DNA from: Gnetum montanum
Lineage: Eukaryota; Plantae; Gnetophyta
DNA length: 64,000 nucleotides
Assembly: GCA_015680685.1 (NCBI GenBank)
Contig: MNCI01002538.1
Span: 214,831 to 278,830 of the forward strand
Reading direction: 5' to 3'
This document shows positions 39,010-52,168 of this stretch, in pieces. The translations under genes and the position numbers were made by a program. The first letter of the stretch is position 1. Every line of letters starts with the position of its first letter. The notes under the pieces are model-generated. The model did not search any database. It was not told the DNA's origin and saw only the letters and a program-made list of their open reading frames with translations.

Positions 39010-41700
39010 GAGTAGAAATGCTTCAAATGAAATGCATTAAAATTTCTATGTAACCTACATCCTTGCAAATCAACAATATTATATACATTGGGGCCAACAA
39101 CCTCTGCAATTCGGAATGGACCAGATCACATAGGAGAAAACTTAGTCTTAGGGCCGATCTAACCAAATGCTCTATCTCTCTTAAGAACCAAGTTACCTAT
39201 TTGAAATATTTTTGCTGCATATTTCTTATCAATTCATTTCTTGACAATTTGTTGATGACTACATAGATTCTCGATCTCTTTAACCCTTTTATGTTCTAGA
39301 TTACAAATGTCACATGCATGTGATATTAGATGCTCATCAGTTGGCAAATAGTCCAAGAAGAATTAATATGTTGTAATTTGCAAATTAATTGGCAATATTG
39401 GTTCTTGTTCGTACACTAAGTCGTATGGTGTAGTTTTGATTGACTCTTTATAATGGACCCTATCTGCCCAAATTGCCCATTTTAGCTATTCATGCCAAGT
39501 TCATGGGTTTTGGGCTATCATTTTCTTAATTCCATCTAATATGATTTTTTTGGACTACTCAGCCAACCATTACCCTATGGATAATATTTGATTACCACCT
39601 TGATAATGATGTTCTGTTCTCTAGCCTAATTTATAAACTCTATGGAGATGAAGGCATGCCTGTTGTCAACTACTAAAGTGTAAGGATACCCATACCTCAA
39701 GATTATATCATTTTCTAGGAAGCGAATGACCTCATGAGATGATGTAGTTTTAGTTGCATTTTCTTGTAACCAACATGTGCAATAATCCATGGCTATTAAG
39801 ATAAACTTGTGTAGAGTAGTAGACAAAGGATTAATCACTTCAATAAAATCTAAAGCCCACTATGCAAATGGTCTAGCTTCTATGATTGGCTATAAAGAAG
39901 CTGAAGTCTTGGGGTCTTTACCCTTAAATATTTGACATTACACACAAGTTCTAACCAAGTTATGAGCATCATTTATCATAGTAGGCCAGTAATAACTAGC
40001 CCTCATAATTTTATGAACTAATGAGTAGTATCCTATATGTCCTTCCTCGTGAAGCTATTCCAGAGCATTGTTAGCATGTTCTTGGTCTAAGCATTTAAGG
40101 TATATCTCTTGGAAGTTCTTTCTAAATAGTTCACAACTTATTAAAGTGAATTTCAAAAATTTTGATATTAAACGTTTTCTCTTATAGCTAGGTAAATCCG
40201 AGGGACAATGATGGAAGGTTAAATAAAATTTAATATCACCATACTAGGAATCATACAATCGATTGGGAGCAAATGGGATATCAATTTCCTCATCAATGAA
40301 TAACATGTGAAAAGGAATTGATGCTTTATCTTTGGATGCATCATAACGTTCTGAAGTTGAGGCTTTGGAAATTAGCTCGACAAGGCCAATCCCTCTAACT
40401 AGCTTGGCCACCTTCCATTGAATATCATATTCTTGCAAATTCATAATTCATTTAGCATGTTTTTCACTAGGATCTTATAATTTAGCTAAAGCAATGGTAG
40501 TTGGGTCAGGGACAATGACAAAGACTTTTGCATTTAACAAGTAGTAGCGTAATTTATTTAAGGTTTTTATTACAGCATACAATTGCTTCTCTACAAGTGA
40601 GTATCTTAATTCTACATCCTTTAAAGGTGTAGACATGAAATCTATGGGTCTCTCACCTTGGTCATTTATGTCTTGGGTTAAGATAGTAGTAGCAATAACG
40701 TTAATAGAAAAAGCATATAAGTGAAAGTCATTTTCATACCAAGGAGAGGCCAGGATAGGGGCATCTATAATAGATTATTTGATATCAAGGAAAGCATTCT
40801 TTCTTTCTTTTGTCTAGTGCATATTACTATATTTTTTAAGCATCTCATTCAATGGTCTAACTAATTCAACATAGATGGGGATAAATCGTCTAACAAAGTT
40901 GATTTTCCCAAAGAATGCCCTTAGATCAGTTTTGGATAGTGGGTAAGGTACTTCTAAAATTGCATTCACCCACTCAAGGTCAATCACAATCCCCTCCTTA
41001 GTCACTATATGACCCAAGAATTTACCACTTTGAACACTGAAGGTATATTTATTTGCATTCAGGGTAATATCAAATCGTCTACATCTAATTAAAATGTTTC
41101 TTAGGTCTCTAAGGTGCGTACCTCAATCTTTGGAGAAAAAGGTTAAGTCATCTAAGTAGATAATAATGAACTTTTTAATTAGCCCTTCAAAAGTATTATC
41201 CATAGCTCTTTGAAAGGTAGCACAAGCATTTACAAGGCCAAAGGGCATTTTAGTGAACTGAAAAGTTCCCCATTTTGTTGTTAAAGCTGTTTTGTACTGG
41301 TCTTTCTTATTTACTAAAATTTGGTTATATCCTAAATACCCATCTAAAAAGGAATACATTTGAGCCCCATTCACAATTTGCAAAAGCTTCTCCATAAGGG
41401 GAAGTGAATAATTATCCTTAATGCAAGAAGTATTAAGGTTGTAGAAATCAATACATAACCTTAATTCACCAGTACATTTTCTAAGAGGTACTAAGTTTGA
41501 TATCCAACTAGAGTGTCTCACTGGGTAAATAATTTTGGATTCTAGGAGCTTGTCGATTTTAGCTTTCATGAGGGCTTCAATCTTTTAATTTACAAGTCTA
41601 ATTTTTTGCCTGAATGGTTTTGTTTTTGGCCTAAGGGGAATTGTATGTGTCATTAATAATGGATTGAAATTTTTAAGGTCTTCGTAAGTCCAAGCCAAAA
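39010..41700 (-). pseudogene. pol: RT - RNase H - integrase remnant of the Tat-type element
   Basis: RT LRLCIDF...FLDGYLGYNQI...MPFGLVNA...IYLDD (41123-41569); RH RYSLVEKQLYA near 40575-40610; INT FILIAMDYCTCW...LVVDN (39626-39838). Confidence 0.92.
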
Positions 41701-42055
41701 CATCATTAAACTCATGTAATAATTCAACTAGGCTTTGTCTTTCATCTGAATGTAAAAAAACTCCTATTTTAATAGGATATTGTTTTCCTTTCTTTTGAAT
41801 CTAGATTATTTCATTCTTAGCTAACATTTGTCAATTAGTATTTTTGGACAAGTCTCTGGTCTTGGTGTGCAAGTTGTCAAATAATGCTTCCCTAACAGCT
41901 ACTTCAGGAGATACTTTGTTTAAAAACACAACATCCTTTGATATATCCCCTTGATTACTAAATTATCCTTTAGAAAATAGAAATTTACAAATGTGGTCAT
42001 CATTGTCAAATAGTTGAAAAGAAAACACATTATTAGGGATAGAATAGGATTTCAC

Positions 42056-42808
42056 CTATTCAATAATAATTTCTAAATCCCAAGCATTGTGTTTGAATGG
42101 GACATCCAAAGTGGTGGCCATTTGGGCTAGCGCATCAAGAATGTAATTTTCTTCTCTAGGTACGTGTTCAATGGTTACATATTCAAACTCTTTAAACAAT
42201 TCAAGAATGTAAGCTTTATATGCTTTCATGGTGACATCTTTATTGTCAAAGGTTCCATTGACTTGGTTTACTATTAGTTGGGAATCACTATAGATTTTAA
42301 TCTTGGACAAGTTGTAATATTGAGCTAACTTGATCCCATGTACAAGTGCTTCGTATTCGACCATGTTGTTAGTCATAGGTTGTGAAAAATTGATGGCTTT
42401 AAGGATAGGAGCTTCACCAAGAGGTATAAGCATTATTCCTACTCCACATCCTTTCTTGGAAGAGACACCATCCACTCTTAGTATCCAAGTGTTTAAATTC
42501 ATGAAATTAGAAAAATTGATCCTTTGGTCAAGGTAACAATGATCATCATCAAAATTTGGTCCATTCTCTAATATTTCATTGGTTAGAACCTCACTTACAT
42601 CGTTATCATTTCCTAGTGGTAGTGGGTCACCGAAAAGAAAAGTTCTTACATCATGTTGGTGGTATGGCAAAGTATCTTCATACACCCTCTCACATTCCCT
42701 AAAAGCTTGATAATATTGGGTAGAATACGTGTACATAAGAGGGTTTATGCCTAAGGTTTCACCCACATCGTCATTCATAAAATATTCTCCAAGCCCTAGC
42801 TCAATCAC
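42056..42808 (-). CDS. Archaeal-type RNase H (aRH, RVT_3-like) domain of the polyprotein, still an open frame
   Basis: WILRVDG..SKKGCGVG, TNNMVEYEALVHG, IYSDSQLIVNQVNG, HVPREEN..LDALA; all D-E-D-D positions present. Confidence 0.9.
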   Translation of the reverse strand: MIELGLGEYFMNDDVGETLGINPLMYTYSTQYYQAFRECERVYEDTLPYHQHDVRTFLFGDPLPLGNDNDVSEVLTNEILENGPNFDDDHCYLDQRINFSNFMNLNTWILRVDGVSSKKGCGVGIMLIPLGEAPILKAINFSQPMTNNMVEYEALVHGIKLAQYYNLSKIKIYSDSQLIVNQVNGTFDNKDVTMKAYKAYILELFKEFEYVTIEHVPREENYILDALAQMATTLDVPFKHNAWDLEIIIE

Positions 42809-42850
42809 TCCAACAAAGGGGTTGGTATTTTCATTTCCTAGAGGTTTACT

Positions 42851-44960
42851 CTATTGATTGAAAGTTGTTACCACTTGTTTGTAGAAAGGTTCTCTTGGTA
42901 TGATCATGTATTCATATGTTCCTTTGATTAGAATTAATAGTTCTAAGAAATAAAACCTAAAGAAGCCCCCAAACTTGGCTCCAAAAGTCCTAGATAGGAG
43001 CACACCATAGGTAGGTGACATGTCAACTACCAAGATATCTGTGTAACATGTGAATGTAGGGCATTGTTTAAGTTGCACTTTCCCTACTTTTAAAGACCCT
43101 ACTACAGGCACATTGGACCCATAGAGTTGAATCACATTTTTCATTTGTGGTATCATTTTGTGCTCCTAAAGTCTTACATACCACAAGTGGCATGACACTG
43201 ACAGTTGCTCCAGAATCCATCAAACAATTGTGAATATTCTTTTCTAAAATAATTAGATTTCTTAGGAAAGGAGGTTGCTCTTTCTTGCTCATCATGGAAC
43301 TATTTACATTTTGTTCTGATAATGTGTTAGGACTTTCTATGAAGTGAACTTGCCTTTCAAGGGTTGGGGTTTTTCCTTTTCTAGTTTTAGGTGTATGAAC
43401 TATCTCTTGAACTGCCTCTTTCATTTCATTAAATTGTAAACAGTCATACATTGAGATGTTATCTTTGGTTTTCTTCAAATAATCAACTAGATTGTAAGTC
43501 TTGTGTTTATCTTTAGCTTCTTGTTGAGGTGGAGTTCTTCTAAGTATAGAAGGTGGGTTTGATTATTGTGGAGCATTTGTTTGGGATGACTCAGTTTGAG
43601 TATTTGTGTTACTTTAACTAGAAGCTCTTCTGTTTGGAGGAGTGTAAGGGTCATTCCTAGTTTGTTGTTGTGTGTTGTTCATGATGTATTTAAATATACT
43701 TTATCAAGCATTAGGTGGGTTGGGATTATTTACCATAACTTTCTCCAATGAGGAAACCTCTTCATTTTCTATTTGATGAGGTACATTAAGGGCCATAATA
43801 GGAGATTTCTCATTTTGTTGACCTTGGGTGTTGTCGTCAAATAATGTTAAAAATTGGGGACAAGTCTTTTCAGAATGTTGCCTAGTGTTATGGAGGTGGC
43901 AATAATCATCATTGGTTGATGAACTTGACTTTTTTGGTTGTATAGGACCCTTGTTGTTGTTTCAATTTAGTTCAACTACTTCATTGGAAATTTTTTGAAA
44001 TGAAGTTAATATTTGGGTCATTTGATCTTGAGTTTGAGTTGGGGGTTCAGTAGGATTAGGTACCTCATTTGGGTTTATGATGGATTGAACTAAGGCCTTT
44101 GATTGATCCTCATTCAAAGCAGTGTTAGACGGTAGGAATGGAGAATATGTGGGACCTTAAAAATAGCTATATGTAGGTTGAGTCATTTGAAGGGGAATAG
44201 GAGTTTGGAACATAGTGTTGGCCATTGGGAAAGCTGGCAGAGGTAGAGGACTATGTTGTATAGGATTGCTAATGCTCATCATTCCAAACTATGTTTGAAT
44301 GCTGTTCATAAGGGTAATTTGTTCTAGCTCCATAGCTTTAGCTATTGCTCCATGTATTTCTCTTATGTTAGGGTCTAATTTGATGGCATAGGCAAAGAAT
44401 GGGTCAATGGTAGAGAGGTAAAAGTTAAGGATGCCATCGGGTTGTGGACGCATCTCGTTTGGAACATAGGCCAATTGGTGAAGGAATCTTAGGTTGTAAT
44501 CCTTAACATTTTCCCTAGGTAGCTTTCTTAAGTTGGTGAAATTACTAGATGCTATGGTAGGGCTTGTGAATTTGTCAAACTAAGTCAAAAACTTATTTTT
44601 GAACTCCTGCCATGAGTTAATGGAGGCATTGGGGAGCATTAGAAACCATTCAGTTGCTTTGGTTTTGAATGTTGTCACAAACACCCTACATGCCACATCA
44701 TTTTCGACAATGTTGTGGATGCCTAGTAAGGTTTCAAAACATTGTATATGTTGGTAGGGATCACTAGAAGGGTTTGTGGGGTCGTAGAAAAAATTTATGT
44801 TCTAGAGTAACTTTGGGATGTCATGGTAGTTAGTAAAGTTAAAGTGGTTACTAACCAAGGGAGCCGAGGGTTGATTGGCTACTATCCTAGTCCGAGCTCT
44901 CCTAGGAATAAAACTTGGAAAACGTGAGGCTTGTTTTCTCCTTAATGAGAAGAGACGACT
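42851..44960 (-). pseudogene. gag: Gag and protease remnant of the Tat-type element
   Basis: PR NCLMDSGATVSVMP...YGVLLSR; gag VACRVFVTTFKTKATEWFLMLPNASINSWQEFK near 44600-44700. Confidence 0.88.
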
Positions 44961-45563
44961 GATTGGTCAGTTAGAAGCAGAGGAGAGTTCACGCATAAAC
45001 AAAACTATAAAATATAATTTTTAGAATGAAACTATGAAATTTCATAAAAATAAAATAAAATATTGAAATAAAATATATGTTTTTGAAAAGAAAAATAAAT
45101 GTATAAAATTGCAATACTTATACAATTAAAAAGGAAAATAGTAAAATGCAAGATTTTACAAAAATAAACTTAAAATTGCATAATCAAATAAAACCACCTT
45201 ATCTAACCCAGGACAGAGGTAAGGATAGCCAAAACACAAATTCAAAAATGGGATTGGAAACAAGGATTTAAAAAAAAACAAGGAAAAAGATTAAAGAAAA
45301 ATGGGTGATGAGACCCAAACGTTTTCAAGAAACAAACTTCTAAGAATAAGAAATAAAGGGCTTGAAAATTGTTTAAAATCTTTTTCAGGACAATAGTTGA
45401 AAACAAAAATTTTAAATAAAACAAGTTTGAAATAAAGAAAATGAAATTTTCAAAAAATAAAAATAGGGACTGGAAAAGGATAGAAAATAAATATTTCAGA
45501 AAATGGGATAATAAAGGTTAAAGAAATGGCAAGAAAAGATAATAAACAAAAGGTTGGGGAAAG

Positions 45564-45581
45564 ACCCTCTTTCTAGCACCA
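45564..45581 (-). other. Primer binding site, probably tRNA-Asn
   Basis: Minus strand TGGTGCTAGAAAGAGGGT, 6 bp after the 5' LTR; resembles TGGCGCTAGAAGGAGGG, the complement of the plant tRNA-Asn 3' end as recalled, not searched. Confidence 0.65.
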
Positions 45582-45587
45582 AAAAGG

Positions 45588-46739
45588 TGTTGATGCATAA
45601 ATTTTGGTCACACCAACAGTAGGAAAGAAAATGCGTTTTAGGAGACTATTGCCTAGGGTGCCTCCCATATGGGTACGGAAACTCGGAAATAGTCTTAGCT
45701 GGAGAGGGCTACGTGGCCTTTTGCAAATAAAAAGCTAGAAAGAAAATTGGAATTTAAATTAAATAATTATCTTCAATACAATAAGTAATTAAAAAAACTA
45801 TATTTTCCCTGGTCCCGTTGACGCTGCTGGTCCATGACTACCGATGGTATCCACTACTAGGCAGGAAGATTGTGATCGCCACAAGAGAGTTAGAGAGAAA
45901 AAGAGAGAGAGAGAGAGACTACCCACTGCATTCCAGACAGAGTAGTAACTATAGTTCTCAAAGCCTATCGTCATTTTCCATCTTTTGTGCACTACCATAG
46001 AGAGGAAGATCATTCACCCACCTCTGCACCACTGAGACAAGCTCTTGTCGTTGCTGAGAAGACTTGCAAGGATCTGATTTTGAGCTGCTGGCTCCTGCCT
46101 TGGACCCTCCTCAAAGATCAACTAGAAGCCTGTAAAAAAAAGAAAAGAAAATAAGAAACTGCTGCTTAATGGAGAGGAAGTTGTCCCTCCAAACTGATAG
46201 TCAGAGCTTGTTTGGGACTCCCCGATTCCTCTCCAAAAGCCCCCCCTCTAGACTAATTTTATAGCCACTACAGCCATCCATAATGATGTCTATGTTCTCT
46301 AATTTAAATGCCCACTATGTCCATAACTTCCAAAATGTCTGCCATTAATGTCCAAAATTGCCACCACTACTGATCGTAACTGCCACCATTAATGATTGTA
46401 ACTATCACCATTAATGATTGTAACTATTGCCATTAATGATTATAACTATCGCCATTAATGATTGTAACCACTACCATTAATGATTATAACTATCTCCATT
46501 AATGATTGTAACCGTTACCATTAATGATTATAACTATTGACATTAATGATTGTAATCGTTACCATTAATGATTGTAACTATTGCCATTAATAATTGTAAT
46601 TGTTACTATTATTAATGACCACCACTTGATAGTTTAGATGCCAACTACTCGCATGATTTTTATTGTGGTTATTAAGAGAGAGAGATAGACACATTGATAA
46701 TCATGGCCCCATGAGAGCATGGGAGTGTTGACATCAACA
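45588..46739 (-). repeat. 5' LTR of the Tat-type element
   Basis: Homologous to 36695-37816; includes the 22-bp array at 46340-46620. Confidence 0.92.
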
Positions 46740-49700
46740 ACACCTATGTCATTGAAGCTAGCTAGATAGAATACTTGATGAAAAACACCTAGTATACCAT
46801 AATAAACATCTTTCACCTATGAGCATGATTAAAGCTCAATGTACCATTCAAAGGCTTCCTAGGTAACAGACATGTATCAATCATAAGAGAAAAATCCTTC
46901 ACACCATGTAAAAATTATATATATTTTTTTACCATTTCCATTTGTGAAATTAATAAAGATTAGTATGTTTAGCTATAAATTTTTACTTTTTGAGCTTAAT
47001 AGATAATCAATCATGATATTTTCTTTGCTTTTGAAGTTTTTTTAGTTGTATGTGTGGGAAAACCAACTAATGTGCTTTATGAACGCTCATCCAAGAAGTC
47101 AATAATGGTTGGATGAGTTACAAATGTGGTGATGATGCAACAGTGCTAAACGGGTCCAACATGGAGCTTTAATAAATGAAATTCCCACATAACAATATTG
47201 ATCCACTCACTTTTCTTCTATCCATCATCGATGAAGTAGGATTAGATTTAGTAGGGAGTTAGGACATACACTGTGAGCTATTGGAGCTAATGATATTGGA
47301 ACTGTGGGTAGTTTGTGGGTCCATACTTTAGGGTGCAAGCTTTAAAATCCTACAAGAGCTATTTGTTATTAACATATAAAGGGTATGTCATTAAGGATCC
47401 TTATGACCATTGAATGGTTTGAATTGATATGATTGAACTAAGGTGCACGCGGTATCTTGCCTATCCACCCTTGTCAAAAGAGGGTTATGATTCCACGAAC
47501 CTATGTGTTCCATTTGGTGGGGGATGAATTCTTATATTCATGCAAGTTGAAAAATCTAGATGATGATTTTTCACTCCAACCATTCCCTTGATTCTCATGA
47601 TTCATCAAAATCCTCTTCCTATGAAAGAAATGAAAAAATAAAAGGAAAATTATGAAAAATAAGAAAAATGATGTTATAAAAAGAAAAGAAAATTTAAAAA
47701 AAAAATGAAAAGAAAGAGAAAAGAGAGAAGAGATGATGGAAAGAGTAATGTACTTTCAAGCTTATTAGTTGTAAAAATTGGTATGTTTATAATCCAAATC
47801 GATCTCATAGTTGATCACATCAAGATCAAACTAGTGGTTGAACCTATGCTTATGTAGAATTTTCTCATTTTTAACCAATTTTCTAGATTCCTTAACTTCT
47901 CATAATGTTGCATCCAAGATAATCTCTTGCTTATCCCTACCCATGGCCATGAAATTCAAGAAGTTTATTTTTTCATGAATGTTGGTAATGTTAATTGTTG
48001 CTTCCATCTAAGTCCTTAATCATGTGTTCTACAAGTCAAAAACCTTAATTCTTGATCTAAGTAATAACCATATTCAAACCTAGAAAGTTTCATCTTCATG
48101 GTCTTGGTATTATGCTTTTCATTTGGATGTAAGACTCATTAGCATAGCCAAAGGGAGCCATGAGTGATTTCTAGTAAAGAAAAATTTAGGAAGTCTATAA
48201 TGCATACATCAATGGATAGAGGAAAACTAAACCATGGAACAATCAAGACTAGATGGTACTAGATGTAGTTGGTATGATATTGTGCTTGGAAAGGAGACTT
48301 GGAGGTTGATACCTGTTGTATGGATGAGTAGCAATGAAAGGATATGTTAGTAGATCTCTTGTAATGTTTAGGACATGCTCACATGCTTCATGAGCTAATT
48401 GCATGATTGGCTAGAAATCTAGTGATATTGCACATCATCCCTTTCTCTCTCTCAGCCATTATTCATTCTTATATATTCTATTCTATTCTTTTTCATGGTT
48501 ATGTAAGGTAGGAGGTTAGTCAAGCAAAGAGAAGGATGAGATTTAGCAATCCAAGAGGATAGACTTATGTTTTTTGCTACTATTTTACCAGTTGTTGAGA
48601 ATCCATGGATGTCTCATTAATAGATTTTACAAGGGTAATGAAGGAAAGTGCCTACTCTGGGAAGGATCCACATGTGAGTCCTTAGTGCTTGGCATCATAA
48701 GAGAGTAAGATAAAACTTATCTCTTAGTGATGATGAGGATTACATTCCATATGACACTTAATTGGTCTTTCCCTTGTGTGAGTCTTGACTCTTCATGCTC
48801 CAAGATTTGACCTTAACAAACCCTATTAATTCACCTCAATTATGCATGTATTTAATTATTTTTGATGCTCTAATCATTTTCCTATTATTCTAACCCATTT
48901 CTTCCTGATAAATTAATTAATCAACTCATTTCTCATGGTTCATGATGTCATAAGAGGTAAGTTTATAATTATCTTGTTGTCTTCCTCTTTTATGCCTTGT
49001 CAGGCCAATGCATGATTATTTTGGTACATGGTAGACCCTGTGCGGTGCTTTGGTGGTGGCAAAAGATAAGTTAGAGGTATAAAGGAAGAAGTGTGGAGTT
49101 TTTTTCATGTTTTGGAAGGGTGCACTAATGCACCCCTTATGTCAATGTAGGGGTATTAATGTCTCTGTGCTAGAGCACCCCCCTATGTTGACGACCCACT
49201 ATATATAGTGGGGGGCTCCCAAACTTATCTTTTATGTAATTTATATTTTTTCTTACTATCCTTACCTTGGTTTTCCCAAATAAGTAAAAATATATTGCTT
49301 TTTCACTCTAATAGATGGATTGATATTATACTTTTAAGCATTCTTCCTTCCTTCTCTGATCCTTACTATTCTAGCTATGGTTTAATCTTGGTGTCTTATA
49401 AGTTAGTTGTGTGTAAGAAACACCAAGTTGTGTATGCATTTAATGTATTTGGTAATTATTTAAGTATTTCTACCTTATTCATACTTTCCAATGCATGTCA
49501 TGATTTAATGATTATGATGATGTTTTCAAGCATTTTTGAAGGGTTGCATTTATCATTATTTTCATGCATAATTTTGTAATGGTAGTATGATCCCTAAGAG
49601 AACTAATTTTATTCTTAGTAGATTTCATAGGTTATCATGTTGGGATAACTACAATCCAAGCTCTGTAGACCAAGGATGGTTAAGTTTGAACAATCTTACT

Positions 49701-51200
49701 CTATTTACAGATCCTTATGTGAACCATGGGTTCTTAAGGAGGAGGAGAGGAAAGAATTTAGATCTGAAATCGATACATCTTGCTCCAAAAAGTTCTCCAC
49801 CCAAAAGTAGTTCAGGAGATAGTTAGTTACATTCTCAATCTTTGGGTAGAACACATGTGTAGAAGTAGCTAATTGAACAACTACTAGAGGAGGTAGTAGA
49901 AGTTGAATCTGAGGATGGTAATGACATCCAAGAGGGAGTGGGTGCTCACAATGTCTAGTAGGAATACATCCATGAAGAGAAAAACTATTGTTAGTTCCTT
50001 GAGCTTAGTTCTTCCAAGCTCAAGAAGTCACTATAATGGATGTGATTCTACAACTATATCACCCAACCCTTTACATGCTATAACTACGAGGTAGAGAAAT
50101 TCTACTAGAACCTTGTAGATAATGGTGCCATGAATTTTGTTGGTGGAGTTTCTATGGCTATTTTCACATGGACAATCTCATAGGATATAAGATATCTAAA
50201 ATAATTAACAAATAATTAGTAGCCATAGACCCAAATGTCCATGTCCAATCTTAGCTTGAAGATCACATTGGATGCCTTTGATGTAGACAAAGTTGAGGTA
50301 AAGATATTTAAACTTCTCCTAGTCTAAAATGCCATGTATAAGATCATCACCCAAAGCTTTATGCCTACTAAACAACCATCATGTATCTCTTCTTGAGGGG
50401 CTCAAGCTATGGTCATGATGAGGGGGAAGTCTACCATCAATATCTTATATTTTCTCTATAAGACCATGATCTAGAAAATTAAGAGGGAGTTCTATGATTT
50501 TCTAGAGTTAATTCAAAAAATTTGTAAATTGGTGGGCAAAGTGAACCATATGGGAAGAAATCTTACAATAGTGATTACTCTAAGATGATGCCCTCAGGTC
50601 ATTGTAGTAGCACCTGATTCAAAGGATGAGATACAATCCATAGAGATATCTCATATTTGACCTTCATACCAGCTCCACCAGTTCCAAACAAGATAATCAA
50701 CCATGCCTCAAGCATCTCAATGAACATAGGTATAATAGCTTAGCAGATTTATTTCTTAACCTCTCAGTTTTAGCATTAAGAAAAGCTAAAAACCTCTTTG
50801 TGGTAGTGGCTCTTAGCCTATAATGCACATAGAAGGTGAGGGGTAGGTTGCCACAATTCATATTAAAGGTTCATAAGACCTTGGTAGCAATGTTTTGTAG
50901 GTGATGGAAGCCATTATGTATGGTGAAGCAATAAGGGAGGACCTATTATATTTTCCTCTCCTATTATTGGAAGATCCACCCATGGCTCGTTATGATGTAC
51001 CTACTCAATCTCAAACTCATGTGCATTCATGGAGTATTTTCTTATTAGATTAATGAATAAATAGTATACATAATATCTAGCCTGTGGCTAAATTCCTTCA
51101 GGTATTCATTTATTAGCCTAGGACTAATGGCTAGGTAGAGGAGCAAAGAATTGATCCATGATAAGGACATCATGTAGCCCTTTTGTAATTACCAAAGTAT
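46740..51200 (+). mobile_element. 3' internal region of an old Athila-like element with a decayed extra ORF
   Basis: Continues from the PR remnant at 36400-36694; T-rich and A-rich tracts, then MIPKR... (49587) and VEKFY*NLV...FVGGVSMAIF near 50091-50165, resembling the Athila env-like / Transposase_32-type extra ORF. Confidence 0.5.
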
Positions 51201-51250
51201 TTTAGATATGTGTATGTGCTATTTGTGTGTGTCTTCTTGTGTTGAACTTT

Positions 51251-52168
51251 TGATGATGATTCTAGGATGTTTAAGAATGTTTATAGGTTTTTTGATCTTA
51301 TTTTGATGAGTTTAGAAGGTTCAGGGATCTATGAAGACTTTTGTGAAGGCATTTGAAGGTTTGAAACCTCAAAATTCCTTGGTAGGAAAGATGTCTCCCT
51401 GGTAGCCAAGAAGTCTTTTACAAGATGTCTCCCCAACAACCAAGGTGTCTCATCCAATTCCAAGACATATTCTTTGACATCTTTGCACTTGGGAAAGATG
51501 TCTTCTATTTATTCAAGACATCTTACATTGATTTTAATAGACATTAAATTGAATGGAAATTTATGAGAAGATGAAAGGACACACCATGAAGCTATAAAAA
51601 GTCTTTAAAAGCCTAAGGCTAATGAGGCTAATTAGAGGAAGTAAGTTAGTCTTAGGAAGAAGGCTAGTCTAAGAGCACTTGAGTGAGATTCAAGGGAGAG
51701 CACTTGCTAGAGATTGAGAGAATCTCTTATAAGTGTATTTTCTTAAGCTTTAGCTTTATTGTGATCAATTGAGGATCAAGAGGGAACTTGTGTGGCCTCT
51801 AAGATCCCTAGGAGAGTTGTGAGTTGAGCATGGCTCCTCATCTTTGATGTAATTCTCTACATTTTGGGAGTTTTCTTATAAAAAGGAAAATTTTCTCCAA
51901 TTTGTTAGCTTGTTCTTGATTCTAAGTTGAAATTGCGTAGGAAGCATGTGGAATGGATATTTTTGGGGTCTATTGAGGTGGGATCTATATAAGTCCCAAT
52001 GCTGAGTCATTATTGAGAAACATCAATAGTATAGTGGAGACTAAACTTGTTAAGGTATGGGCCAAGTTAGAAACTACTAATTCTAATAGAACATTCTATT
52101 TGCAAGAGTTGTGAAGAAGTGAAGCCAAGGTATAAATATTGCATGAATAATTAGAACATCTTACATCA
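51251..52168 (+). repeat. Probable LTR of another retrotransposon family
   Basis: TGATG...CATCA termini, AAGATGTCT repeats, TATAAAAA near 51593, followed by TGGTACCTAAACTT (decayed Met PBS-like); no partner LTR seen. Confidence 0.4.

Larger units (their letters stand above)
36695..46739 (-). mobile_element. Full-length degenerate Tat-type Ty3/gypsy element with archaeal-type RNase H between PR and RT
   Basis: LTRs TGTTGATG...CATCAACA at 36695-37816 and 45588-46739; minus-strand PBS and PPT; flanks GCACT / ACACC are compatible with a decayed 5-bp duplication. Confidence 0.92.
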
